Positions 13,093 through 24,620 of a stretch of DNA of 64,000 nucleotides are shown in pieces. Numbering within the stretch: position 1 is the stretch's first letter; every line of letters begins with the position of its first letter. Source of the DNA: Phoronis australis (Eukaryota; Animalia; Phoronida). Both the position numbers and the translations under genes were made by a program. Below the pieces are notes generated by a model, which did no database searches, was not told the origin of the DNA, and saw nothing but the letters and a program-made list of their open reading frames with translations. Location of the stretch: the NCBI GenBank assembly GCA_002633005.1, contig NMRA01000416.1, forward strand, positions 334,018 through 398,017. The letters run 5' to 3'.

Positions 13093-13342
13093 CATGCGCG
13101 CACCCAGCCTTTAGTATATGGGGGGTCTCTCTCTCGCAAAGTGGATCTTTTGCCAACAAAAAGCGGGGGGACTAAAAAAACGGGGTACCACCTTCAGGTC
13201 TGTGAACTGTGCGTCTGCGCCTTTTTAGTGGACTTTTGTCTCGTTTTCTCGGACTTTTTGTTTCATCTGAGGTGGACCTTTTATCCACTTCGCCAAATGG
13301 GGGCTCGTTTGAGCCCCCCCCCCCCCCCTTGGTGCGCGCATG
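13093..13342. mobile_element. 250-bp MITE with 12-bp TIR CATGCGCGCACC
   Basis: CATGCGCGCACC ... GGTGCGCGCATG; an inverted partial homolog lies at ~25249-25437. Confidence 0.75.
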
Positions 13343-14449
13343 TGAAGAGGTAAAGCTTCTGAGGACGGAGTATGCCACGCTTTTTTTTAGTCGACGATTT
13401 CGACGTCAGTTTGGGCGACCAGTCGGATTTCGTTTAGTGATCTGGAATTTTCGTTAAGCTAAGTGTCGAGTGCTGAGATTGATTATCGATGACGACTTCC
13501 GGCTGACAGAAATTGTAGCAAATGAGCGTGGTGCAGACAGCAAGTAAACGGCATGAATTTGGGCTCTTGGTCACAGAATGAGCGTAAATGGTTTGATATT
13601 GATCAAATCTAAAGATGTATTGGTACCTAAAACACTGTGATTAAACCAATAATGCAACCATCTCGACTTTTAGCTCCTTGGTTGAGTACATTAAAAATAA
13701 TACTTTAAACCAAATTACACTCAATTCAGCTACCAAGTTTAGAATGCATCACACCTTTTCTTTGAACAAATGTTTGAAGGTGAAATTTGTAACAGAACAT
13801 TGCACAGTATTCTAGAACCCTTCTAACGCCTGATATAAGACCGCAGATAAACGGAATGAATGGCCTGAAATACGCGCCACTCTCAAGATCTATTGGTGGA
13901 ACAATACGGCTAAGAATTCACAGACTTTTTAGTAAGTCTGGTCTGCACGCCACCTGTTGAAAACATCACGTGACTTAATGAACGTAAGTCTGACGCGACC
14001 GAGACTCTTCTGCTAGCCGTGCAGACACTCTAGTCCACATATTTATATTTCCAAGAGTTGTCGTCAGTCTCAAGTATCAAGCACATGTAAATGTTCGTCT
14101 GATGTTGTACTTGATAGAAGAAATCATATGCCACCATTGAGTCGCTAATATAATGTAGAGTAAAGTCAAACCATTGTTTCAAAATTAGTGAACATCTTCC
14201 GGCTCTAATGTTACGGTTAAATAGGCCTACATACTGATGATTGAAAAGGTTACATTGTACTGATGGTTAAGACATAAACAATGTCAAAACTATGAGTTAT
14301 ACACTTCTTTCCAAAAGCATAAGAAAATCTAACTAACGTTTTTCGCAAAATCAGGACCCAACATGCAGATCTCATTGACTGCAATGTTGTGGATTGCCAA
14401 AAACTAGATTTCAGCGCAGAACTACAGTTAGCCATTCTTCCTCTCCATG

Positions 14450-14558
14450 TTATCTTTACTGAGGGATGCCAATCCTATTGAGACCACCATAGGCACGGTC
14501 ACTCCATTTTATCTCTTCTGAGGGATGTCCATCCTATTGAGACCACCGCAGGCACGGT
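14450..14558. repeat. 59-bp-period tandem duplication
   Basis: TTATCT..CTGAGGGATG.C.ATCCTATTGAGACCACC..AGGCACGGT present twice. Confidence 0.85.
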
Positions 14559-15163
14559 TTTGAGCCAACTGGCTTCTACTTCTGTTCACCCTATCTCTCC
14601 CCTTTCAAATAATATTGAGAATGGGCTTCTCCACTAAAGATGTTTTTTTGGTTCGAAAACAAATAATAAGATGCGGCACTACAGACAGGATTAAACATTT
14701 TGAAACAGTTATTCTGCCAATCACTGAGAGGATTCAGTTTTTCCATTGTTTAATGTTTTTATTTTTACAATATTCAACTATGTAGTTTAGATTCGTTACA
14801 AATAAAATAACAAGTACGGTAAAGGAACCACAGAATGGCCTAGCTTGATATAAGAACATAACTTTACAGAGGCCACCCCCTCCCCTCCCTTGGGTTAACC
14901 GATCCAGACGACCGATTTAGTTTAAGGTGAGGAAACCTAGAACATTAATCCAGTAAATTGCTTCATCTTAAAGAATACGTGTACTCTGTACCAACCAATA
15001 AAATCCTAGTATCGTCAGCTTTGATTTTTTCAGAATTTTCCTGACCCTTTTAAAAGAACTGGAACTTTTAGGAATTTAAAAATTGAACGTTATCTTTTGT
15101 GATGAAAGGCAGGTTTCTGGCAGTTGTAATTAAAAAGTCTAGGTAGTCTAACCTCGCCTTTCT

Positions 15164-16157
15164 CAGTGGCGGATCTAGGATATCACAAGGGGGGGCCCAA
15201 CTTTTTGTCCGGCTGTAAGCATTTGCGCAAACCGAACCACGATTGTAGATGCGTATTGCACCGAAGTGGGGGGAGGTCGGGAGGGGGGTTTGCCCAAGAA
15301 ATTTTTCTGTTTTTACCTTTAAAAATCAAGCATTTTCCTTGATTCCTGTAGACAAAAGAGGCAAAAATGGAAAAAAAAGGGGAACGTGTCGAACAGAAAA
15401 AACTGCCAGAGCCTAAGCCTCGAAACCACGACCTGGCGGATAGGAAGCGCGTGCGTTACCCCTAGACCAACACGACTTCAATACAAGCCTCTTTCTAAGA
15501 GGCCTACTTATTTATGGTCCACAGCGTTTGCGCGCGAAACCTACTTCTTTTTGTAATGCTTATTACACGTTTTATATTTTGTGCCATCAATTCTTAACAA
15601 ATTTGTTGTATTTAAAATAGTCTTCAAATGCCCAAAAGACCAAATCCGTTTTTCGTGTTGGCAATAATGACGGGATTGCTTTGGAAATCGTCTTAAGATA
15701 AGGTTTGCCAAAGAGAGTATTGCGAGTTTCTGAGTGATTCACTAAGGTTTCGATTAAACACATCTTACCGGCAGCTTCTGTTTTTCATCGTCACTGAGAT
15801 TCCATTTTCTTTAAAAAATGAAGTAAATTTTCTTCATTGCACAGTGGAGCAGACGACGGAAACGGAGTCGTAGTGCGCAGCGCCACTGCCGGTCGCCTGG
15901 GATATCGCGGGAGAGCCTATACTTAGCCATAGTTCCGTTACGAATGCGCCGTGTTCCGAATTTGACACTTGAAATTGGATCTGAGCCCCCCCAAACACTA
16001 AAACTACACACATTTAAATCTTGTTTCATCATTTTAATCATTCATAATTTTAATCACCTGGGTTAATTCAGTGGCGGATCTAGGATATCACAAGGGGGGG
16101 GCCAACATTTTGTCCGGCTGTAAGCGTTTGNGCCCCCCCCCCCTAAATCCGACTATG
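15164..16157. mobile_element. ~1-kb MITE with CA..TG ends and 5-bp TSD (hAT-like), copy 1
   Basis: TTTCT|CAGTGGCGGATCTAGG ... CCTAAATCCGACTATG|TTTCT. Closely matches 29833-30857. A second left end at 16069 precedes the N at 16131. Confidence 0.85.
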
Positions 16158-17479
16158 TTTCTGACTTATTCTTTACATTATATTCAGGAATTAAGAACAC
16201 AGGATGACTTTCGTCAGCTGAAAGATATCACTATAAATTTCGTAACTTTCATCCCTGTTTGTGTTTGCCCTATTTTGCTATTAGTTATTAAAAGAATTTA
16301 AAAAACAGGTGTGGTTTCCACGGAAACCTCGTTACCTATTGTGGAAGTTAAGTGATTGACCAATCAAAACTGCGTTAAAATACGTTTTATGAAATTTTAA
16401 ACTAAAATAAAGCGGAAGGAGTATCTTTATGGGGAGTGAAAGTGTATAAGCCTGTTTAAAACCAATAATTTCAAAAATTGCCTACTACAATTTAAAAAAC
16501 TGACACTTAGAGATGTGCCAATAACATATTTTATTCTTTCCAATGGTGAGCCAAAACTGATTGTGTTTTCTCTGTATGTTCAAGCATAACCACTTTTCGT
16601 AACCATTTCTTTCAATTCTACCAATCGTCAAAAGATACTATACACATACGATTACCGAGTACGGAGTGTTTTCATTACCGTCTGCTATTCCTCTACGAAT
16701 TATATGGTGGTCTGGCAACGGAATAAACACGTTTGTGTTTTGCATGTTATCAAACGACACTAAGATAAGGCGGTGCCGAGGGTTGCGATTATTCATATCT
16801 ACTTCTGGTTCACGCATAGTCTGTGTAGTTTAAAAACAAGTGACCTACAGTTAGAAGAACCGTGGATTTGATTCTCCTGGCACTGAAATTGTTCAGGTAA
16901 TTCATATTCTGGTTGGCTGCACCTTTAGCATGTTTATAGACAACTATTTTCTTACAACTCTAAAAGGAGGAATGCGCTGTCACGACAAAGTGGCGATAGG
17001 TAGTGCTCAATCGCAACAAGGCCGTCACTTTTAGTGTCCCCTCACACTATCAGTCTGCGTGCGTTATTCGTATTTTGTTTTGACTTTTCTCATTTGTAAG
17101 AACACTGTGGCATCAGGAAGGCATTACCTGGATGGCAATGTCTGACTGACAGGCAACATTAGTTAGGTACGTTGTGTATGCAGTACATACTTTGTAACAT
17201 CAAAATCATATAGAAGCTAGTATACCTATTGACCTTGAGTCAGGATGTTGGTTCCCTGCATTTTACGTAGGCCTCTCCGGAGATATGTTCTCAAATGTCG
17301 TCACACTGAACAGCCGTACGCTAACAAACATATTATCGTAAAACCACAATTTCAAAACAAATGCTGTAGCTAGGATATGTGCGGACGGGTGTCGAGGAAA
17401 CTCTCCGATGACATGAAATTATTTTTAAAGTGGGTATAAACGTGCCTTTGGCCGCCAAGTAACTTATTTCTCACTTAAA

Positions 17480-17690
17480 TCACTTTCGTTGTGAAAGTGG
17501 TCTCAACATGTTCTCACTCAGGCGAATTTCTGGGCTATGGAAGAACTGAAATGTCGAAGATGTTTGACACCACTGTTGGCGCATAAAATGACACTCCGCC
17601 AGTGACAAGCCAACGTATTGAACCTCATCACCATGCCTCAGTGATCTCCCGCAGTAACGGAACGTCAGTTATTACCACTGAGCCTAGGAG
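17480..17690 (-). mobile_element. tRNA-derived SINE remnant
   Basis: The minus strand shows box A-like GGCTCAGTGGT and box B-like GGTTCAATAC about 50 nt apart, without a full cloverleaf. Confidence 0.5.
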
Positions 17691-18322
17691 TCTGTTTCCT
17701 GAAAAGTGACTTAAGGCTTAGGACCTTATCAACTAGTCTGTGCACTTGGCCAAATACATGTATCTACAGAACTATAAAGTTTATCTCTGGAAAAGTTTTC
17801 TGATAGTAGAAATCCTCTCGTAAGGGTTCATTGGCAATGGTTAGCCAGATGCATTCCTATAGACTATTACCGGAGCACTGGCGGAGTACGCGCTAAGCGC
17901 GTTATGAACACTGTAGCTCCGCCGGCTTTCTTCACCAACGAACTCCTATGAGAGGCCTACAACACCATTGGTGTTGAAAGTGAGGTGGTTAGGATCTAAT
18001 CAGGAATGTTGGTACGTGACAATCCGGTCAAACACAACCAAGCTTGCAAACTGCAATATTGATAAAATCTAACCTGTCTAACAACCGCTTAGTGTTGGAA
18101 GATTTTGCCAGATTCGTTACCAGCGAATAAAATCAATTAAAAACGGTTTTAAACGAAAAAATCCACCAATATACAAGCATACATACATGCACTCATACAT
18201 AACCACATACATGCATACACAAATATACACGCATACATACTTGCACAGATAACCACATACATGCATGCATACATACATACATACACTCATGAACCGGCTG
18301 TACTTCGGGAGCAAGTTTTCGA

Positions 18323-18490
18323 TTATACAGAATTTGTTAAACGCACGACACGTTTCATTGTTCACAGTCTTTATTCCGTTACGTTCTTACTTTCGGAACA
18401 AAACTCTATTCTCAACTGAACATAGATACAGTAACTGAATAAAGACTGTGAACAATGAAAAGTGTCGTGCGTTTAACAAATTCTGTATAA
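18323..18490. mobile_element. Small MITE with ~60-bp TIRs and TA ends (Tc1/mariner-like)
   Basis: TTATACAGAATTTGTTAAACGCACGACAC...CAGTCTTTATTC is mirrored by GAATAAAGACTG...GTGTCGTGCGTTTAACAAATTCTGTATAA; flanked by TACA-type simple repeats. Confidence 0.8.
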
Positions 18491-18944
18491 CATACATACA
18501 TACATACACACACATACATATACATATACATATATATACATATATACATATATGTACATGTATATTGATGGGACGAGTTCAGCGTGACCGCCAGCCACTA
18601 TTCAAGAAGGTCAATCTTGTTTTGGTATTTTACCGCAGATGCGGAAGGCATGATTCGCGTTCTTTATCCAACCAAACGGAACTAACACTATAAAAAGAAC
18701 AAAGAGCGTCTACGATAACGTTTTTAATTGTCATGTTCATATATTTTACAAATACGCGACTTCAATTGACAATTGTTTTTTTAAACGAACATCTGCCCAC
18801 GTACTCTTGCAGTCTGACCTCAGGTAACCAATATACCTACAGACTGATGGTGCCGCCCTGTAATGTTGCCTGTGAGGCCGTGGTTTTGAAACATTTCGTC
18901 GTATGAGTTTTAACCGGATTTTTGTTGTAGATATCGAAACGAAC

Positions 18945-19715
18945 ATGCAACCAAACACGCCAGGTGATCGAGGGGTTGAGTACGCAGCTTCGGCGGCAAG
19001 AGGTTTGGCAATCACCCAACTTGTTCTTGGCGTACTGTGTCTCATTGCGGGAATTGCAGCTGTGGCTATATATCCGTACTTGGTGGTCAGAGCGACGGCT
19101 GCCATGGAAATATGGATGCCGATTTCGTTTATCATCGCCGGCATCGTGGGCATTGTGGCTGCCAGCCAGAAGACCAGTGGAATCATTGTGGCGCACATGG
19201 TGATGTCGATCATTGCGTCGCTCCTTGCATTCGCTTTGTTTGTTGACGGATGTATCTATGGTTGGATGTTAGGAACCCACATCGCCATCGCCATATTCTC
19301 ATTTGCTGAGTTAGTCATCGCAATCATTTCTGCTGCCTTTTGCTGCCGCGCTGTGTGTTGCGGCAACCCGTCCTCAAGGGGGACCGTCTTATCGACCCAG
19401 CAGCATGTTGTCGTCACTACCACCCAACCGAACGTTTATCAGCAACATTACGTTGCCCAGCCTGGCATGCAGTATCCTCTTCAGGGGCAGTATGTGATAC
19501 AGCCCGGTGTCCAACAACAGATGCCGTCCCAGCAGTATATGTTCCCGCAGTACCCAGGTCAGCTACCAGGTCAGACCCAAGCACAGTACCCAGGTCAGAC
19601 CCAAGCACAATACCCAGGTCAGCCCCCAGCGCAGTACCCGCAAGCCACTGGGCAAGCCACAATCGAGACGAAACCTCCACCCTATGCAGAACAACCCACC
19701 CAACCAGAACCTTAA
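18945..19715 (+). CDS. MS4A/CD20-like four-TM protein, copy 1 (256 aa; Q/P/Y-rich tail with PPPY)
   Basis: Four hydrophobic segments with LAITQLVLG, EIWMPISFIIAGIVGI and ELVIAIISAAFCC..CC signatures. Acceptor tttttgttgtAG at 18930 precedes the ATG at 18945. CDS lies in one exon. Confidence 0.85.
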   Translation: MQPNTPGDRGVEYAASAARGLAITQLVLGVLCLIAGIAAVAIYPYLVVRATAAMEIWMPISFIIAGIVGIVAASQKTSGIIVAHMVMSIIASLLAFALFVDGCIYGWMLGTHIAIAIFSFAELVIAIISAAFCCRAVCCGNPSSRGTVLSTQQHVVVTTTQPNVYQQHYVAQPGMQYPLQGQYVIQPGVQQQMPSQQYMFPQYPGQLPGQTQAQYPGQTQAQYPGQPPAQYPQATGQATIETKPPPYAEQPTQPEP

Positions 19716-19977
19716 TTCCAGTATGTAACTGGGTCTTGCTGACTGCTTTGGTGTTTAATGTTTACAACGAGTTAGCAGCGCTGTCGTGTATTGTATTGTT
19801 TAGCGCGCATTAACGAAACTTGATTAATTTGTTTTTGTATACAAGGCAAACATTTTTTTGTTTCTGTTCTGAGTTTGGTTCTGATGAATGATGCGGTGAC
19901 ACTCTTCCTGACATATATTACCGCAGTCGGCACACACATAAACTGTCGCCCTCTGTGACAATATGTGTAGGTGTTAA

Positions 19978-21281
19978 AGGCGAAGGCAACCTTTTTCATG
20001 TCATTTTTAGCAAAAATAGGGTTCATTGATTATCCCAGACATATTTTTCCCTTATTGGCAGCTTTTCGTAGTTTAATTAATTACTCGTCGTCTACTCCGG
20101 AAGTGACGTTTTGGGAGGCAAGAATTTCGCGCCAATTTCTTTTCATACTACAGTCTGACTGTGAGAGCAGTCGAGTCAGTCATTGTTCTACCTCGGTTGA
20201 TATAAGTTCAGTCGTCGTTTGCTTTTTTACGAGTCAGTCAACATGCCACGCTGTTGCTGCCTACCGAGAAGTACTCATTATCGTCTCACGTACAGAGGAA
20301 GAACTGTCCCACTTGCCCGAGTGTCCCGCCACACACTCCCAGTGGCTAGTGACTTGCGCACCCAAATTGCTTACATCCCGCCTTGCGACTCCCTGGTCAC
20401 ACACGTGGCACCTTCTAAATAGCTCCAATATAAGTCCACAATAAACTTATCAAACTTAGGCTCACCGATCTGTTCATAGGATGACGAATTGTCCTTTTCA
20501 ATGGGTGTCAAACTGGGCCTGCATTCACTACTCAACATCGCTGCAGGGCTGCTTACAGTTGGCTCTGGGCTAGAGACAACAGCACACGGGAAGCACTGCC
20601 AGTTCCTGGAATTGCACGCTACGGGGTACTTTCGGAATCATGGGAGACAGTAGATGAAGTGCCTCCAGTCACTGTTTATAGTGACCACAGCTCACGAGTT
20701 CTCGCTTCAAAAACGCACTTCTCGGTGGTGGTGACGGGGCACTGCCGGGAATCAACAACGACGGTATGGAACCCTTCTTCAGGCGTTGTTTCGCAGGGAC
20801 CTTCATCAATTTAGCGTACATATCTCTGTCGTAATCTGACGGCTAAAAATGCTTGCACTGCTTTGTACGTTGCGTGAATGAGTAGCGCTGCGTTCTTCAC
20901 ACGAACGAGCTAGTCAAGTACGGCGAAGTGTGTCATCCTTCGGAAAGCGATGCAAGGTACCAAAAGCGCGCGTGAGACGATAATGAGTACATCCTGGTAC
21001 ACAGCAACAGTGCGGCATGTTGACTGACTCTACTCGTAAACTTAAAAGCAAACGACGACCGAACTTATCACATCCCAGGTAGAACAATGACTGACTTGAC
21101 AGCTCTCACAGTCTGACTGTATGAAAAGAAATTGGCGCCAAATTCTTGCCTCTTAAAACGTCACTTCCGGATTAGAGGACGAGAAATTAATTAAATTGCA
21201 AAAAGCTGTAATTAAGTGTCTGGGATAATCAATAGACCTTATTTTTGCTAAAAGTGACATGAAAAAAGGTTGCCTTCGCCT
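19978..21281 (-). mobile_element. Internally deleted Kolobok element with THAP and transposase remnants
   Basis: TTAA|AGGCGAAGGCAACC ... GGTTGCCTTCGCCT|TTAA with ~310-bp TIRs (19978-20290 and 20971-21281). Minus-strand remnants TLHRFPKDDTLRRT*, CKHF*PSDYDRDMYAKLM..RLKKGSIPSL (THAP) and LELFRRCHVC...HWECVAGHSGKWDSS. Confidence 0.88.
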
Positions 21282-23646
21282 TTAACGGCATGTAATACAT
21301 TATCGCCCTCAACACGTCGTATCGCGCGCGGAAGGTATACATGGTTATGCACATGCTCAACAGGCCAACTGTGCAAAAAGATGAAATTGTCGCGAGTTAA
21401 TTTAGATTTTTCATTGAAAATTAAAGTGTTTCATTTTGAAGGAAAAATGGTCTCGTTTTGATTATTGCTAGGCAAAGTTTTCTTTCTTTGTAGATTGATA
21501 CGCGATGTCACATAGTTCAGAGGTTTTGCTTCTCCACGTATGCGTCAACTACAGTTTTTAATAAACTGGTATGGTTCATAATTGTTTCATTCATAACTTT
21601 TAGTACACTTGCACGTTGACACACCTCCTTCCAAGCAAATTGCGATTTCCAGGACTATACTAATATCCTGTTCTAGTCATAGAGTCTCTAGTTGTCTATT
21701 TAATTCAAAGCCTGTAAATTGTTAATGCTCCCGGACAACTCGTTTCAGTAGGCCTGCTGCTCATTAATCTAGACTGTGTACCATGTCGCTTGTTAAGGTT
21801 ATCTCAAACCTTACTTAATGGCCCCGATTCCAACTCGCATATAAAAAATTAAGCTTTGTCACCTAGTGAAAGTATATATTTTCTGAAAGAAAAAAGATCA
21901 GGGAATATGATAATGTGTTTTGTATTTATGTGCCATTATTATTATTACGTTAACACTTTTTTAAGTCAAAATTTAAGAAAGGTGCATTCATAGCAAAATA
22001 ACCCATCGTTCGATCTTCATGAAACACTTTTAAATGAAAATTTCACAAGTTATTTCAAATACTGTGAATTTTCGATTAGTCTTTTCGTTTGGTTTCTATG
22101 ACAAATCAACTCGCAAAACGTAAGGTATTTTTGTAAAAACTAGAAGTCGTATTCGTCTTTCTTAAATTACGCTAAAACTAGGCCTTCATATCAAAACCCT
22201 AACAGTTTTTTTTAGATTGATGACTAAATATCAAGTTTGGAAAGTTTCGTCGAAATCCACCCAGCCGTTTTCGAGAACTCGAGTTCCTAAGTTCAAATAA
22301 AGTCGATTTGCCGAAGCCGAGAAAATGCCGATTAAACTGGGACGAGTATTCGGTTAACTATTCGGTGAAAACTAACCTATAAATGCCTTAACCATGTTAG
22401 CTATTTCAACACTCACTTGCAATGTCAACTGAATTTGTAGTGCGTAATTAACTTAAATATCATTAAAACGTACCGTCCCCAGCTACGAGGTGGGATCAAC
22501 TGGTCTGTTGTTTGACCTACTTAAAACTAGGTCACACTCCATTGTTATACACATATGGCTGTGCACATCACGTGCCAGGATACTGATAGGAAACAAAGTA
22601 AGAAATGGATAACAAAAATCGAATCGGCGGTTAAACCATGTCGTTAGCATGAGATCGAAACCGCGAGATGTCAATTTACTTATTGAATTAAGGAATTTGG
22701 GTGAGGATTTTTCTCTTTTCACAACTTCCTCTGTTCATGCACCACAGATGCGTGAGGCAACTCGTTGCATTCGTTCTCCACGCCAACGGTCGTATGCATG
22801 CAGTCGCACAACTTCCTCAGGATCAAAACTTTTGTCTTTGTTTTCCTCGGCACCATATCATAAGGTCACCTCATTGACTCAATATTATGGCGAGCTTGGT
22901 GCTTGAAAGGACTGAGGAAGCTGCTCAGTGCCTGGCGGGAGATTCAGTTTGAGTGACAGCCCTGTAGCCTTTGACCTCGGATAGGTAGAAAACAAATATT
23001 CACGCGGTTGTGAGGTTCCAATGTGGTTCTGATAAATCTTTTTCTTTCTCGCTACGCGGTATGTATTTTGTATTTGAAGTTCCCCGTGAATGAAGATAAG
23101 GAATTTTGCTAGACACATGTGAAATATTGCAAAAATGGCAACTTTTTGTGTATAAGGTTTAAGATAACCTTAATGCTTCGTTTTACAGTTCACAGTGCTC
23201 TAGATGTAAACCTTTGGCTTTATCAGTAAGCGGTTCTGATATGTTCTACCTGCAGATATTCGTTGTTATTTATGGATGGTAGGTGACTCAAATCAGTCGC
23301 TTAACTCAAAATCTGATAACCCTTCCAAAATCAACGATCATGAACTAAAATACAAATGAAAATGAGTTCATTAGCGTTAGCTAGATAATTTTCAGGACGT
23401 CAGATATTCATGATTGATTAAAAAAGGAAATGCCAAATATGTTGAAAGCAGATTCTTTAGTAGGTCAATTGCACTCATTCACAGGGTTCTTTTCTGTCAG
23501 TGTGGTCAATTCTCATAACAGATTTTTTATGTCAACTTCTTCAAAACGATATGTTAGCAAGACAGCGATAGCAACGGATTCCACTACTTCTGCCAGATTC
23601 TGAATGCAGTTCACGTATCATTGAAAGGCCAAGTCGCCGTATTTAA

Positions 23647-24259
23647 AGAGGCCTGAAACGCGAAAAACAGACTAAATTGTAATCTCCATAGTGTTTCTCT
23701 GCCACTGATACAGAGTTCATCCTACTCAACAGGAATTTTCAAGGTTTGTTCGTAAAGAATTTGAATTTCTGTTGATGTCAAAGCGTTTTTATTTAGTTCA
23801 AAATTTCAAAAAAATGATCTGTCACCTGCTCGTTACTTCGTTGATTTTTCTCCCGCAAAGCAAACACGTCTCCTTTTTTGGTATGGCAAAACATAGACGC
23901 AGCACATTTCCCTTATATGGAACATACTGACTTGCCTCATACTGGGCTGCCGACCTCAGATTCGGAGTGCGATCACACATCTAGTCTGCCGTTATTATCC
24001 ATTTCATCGGACAGCTGTTTGTCGAATACTGTGAGTGCATGCGCGCACTTGTCATCAGTGCAGGAGATTAGAAACTCTGTGGTGACTACAGAGTTTTTCC
24101 TTGCCGCGTATCTCAAAAAATCGTGTATTTTGTGATTTTTTAAGAAATTCCCTCACAGGTAAAAGTGAATAACTTTGTAGTAGACAATGCAAGATGGTAA
24201 TTTCGTTAGGAATTGTTAAAAAGATATTTTTGACGAGCTTTCGCGTTCCATGCCAATCT
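23647..24259. mobile_element. Kolobok-type non-autonomous element, copy B
   Basis: TTAA|AGAGGCCTGAAACGCG ... CGCGTTCCATGCC; homologous to 7979-8526. Confidence 0.7.
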
Positions 24260-24378
24260 AAGTCTGAATAATTCAACCCATTCTCGGAATCTGAGACCTT
24301 CATCCTAGGTGGCGTTAATATCGCTACGCAAACAACCATTTTTGCAGACCATTTACCGAAGCCCGTGGAATTAAGCCT

Positions 24379-24446
24379 CAGGGGCGGATGCAGGAATTTG
24401 AGTTGGAGGGGGGGGGGNGCCCCCCCCCCCCCCAAATCCGCAACTG
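24379..24446. mobile_element. CA..TG MITE ends collapsed across an N-join; 5-bp TSD
   Basis: AGCCT|CAGGGGCGGATGC..N..AAATCCGCAACTG|AGCCT. Confidence 0.75.
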
Positions 24447-24620
24447 AGCCTGCACGCGTTCAAGTGTAAACTTAACTTGTACGTGCCAACAATTGTCAGG
24501 TTTAGAATTCCCTAGTCAGGAACAGATGCGTGCAAATTTACAGAACTGTCACTAAAAAACGGGAAGCTGTGAAAGTAATGGAGTGCTGGGAAAGAGCGGC
24601 AGTGCATTCACTAATCAGAT

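Noticed and set aside
15404-15480. Functional tRNA gene (also 30092-30165 and 17600-17690)
   Set aside because: Box A/B-like motifs are present, but acceptor and anticodon stems do not pair; they are embedded in repeats.
18903-18944. Longer N-termini from the ORF track (18903, 32134, 40672)
   Set aside because: These extensions run through polypyrimidine-AG acceptors; the homologous MQP/MQL ATG is the start shared by all four copies.
18746-19813. Antisense and alternate-frame ORFs over the MS4A-like genes (also over copies 2-4)
   Set aside because: Shadow frames of GC-richer coding sequence with no independent motifs.
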